A stretch of 63,380 nt of DNA, filler included, from Octopus bimaculoides (Eukaryota), in NCBI RefSeq assembly GCF_001194135.2. It is 5 parts of 4 records of this genome, joined end to end, with 100 filler letters (N's around TTAATTAATTAA, not from the genome) between each part and the next. Parts side by side here need not be neighbours in the genome. Positions count along the whole stretch, not along the records: positions 53,593 to 63,380 come from NC_068989.1; 4 more parts are not named here. One strand, written 5' to 3'. Shown in pieces: positions 63,371 through 63,380 of the stretch. The translations under genes and the position numbers were made by a program. A model generated the notes under the pieces. The model saw only the letters and a list, made by a program, of their open reading frames with translations. It did not search any database and was not told where the DNA came from. The stretch's first letter is position 1, and each line of letters opens with the position of its first letter.

Positions 63371-63380
63371 CGTATATATA

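Overview
AT-rich, repeat-dominated, gapped eukaryotic non-coding DNA (intron or intergenic). The SINE families and the very high microsatellite density resemble octopod cephalopod genomes; this is inferred from repeat content only. I found no complete protein-coding gene, rRNA, true tRNA or CRISPR array, and nearly all ORFs in the supplied track are translations of microsatellites or N-gaps. The recognisable content is four tRNA-headed SINE families (my labels A-D), many R4/Dong-type (restriction-like endonuclease, RLE) LINE fragments abutting (TAA)n arrays, RTE and CR1 LINE 3' ends, Penelope-like element (PLE) remnants, mariner ends, a Helentron-type non-autonomous element and a TAA-flanked non-autonomous repeat with no tRNA head (label F). 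The most notable signal is a head-to-tail array of ~177-nt monomers at 5.8-6.75 kb. Each monomer carries a type I hammerhead-ribozyme fold with a palindromic stem III, which is a retrozyme or PLE-pLTR architecture. About seven further hammerhead-like motifs are scattered through the window. Also notable: an internally deleted 819-bp Dong element retaining both ends, SINE tails matching LINE 3' ends within the window, and a 27-nt microexon candidate at 60.2 kb. All alignments and folds were done by eye; TE boundaries are approximate unless a TSD or tail fixes them.
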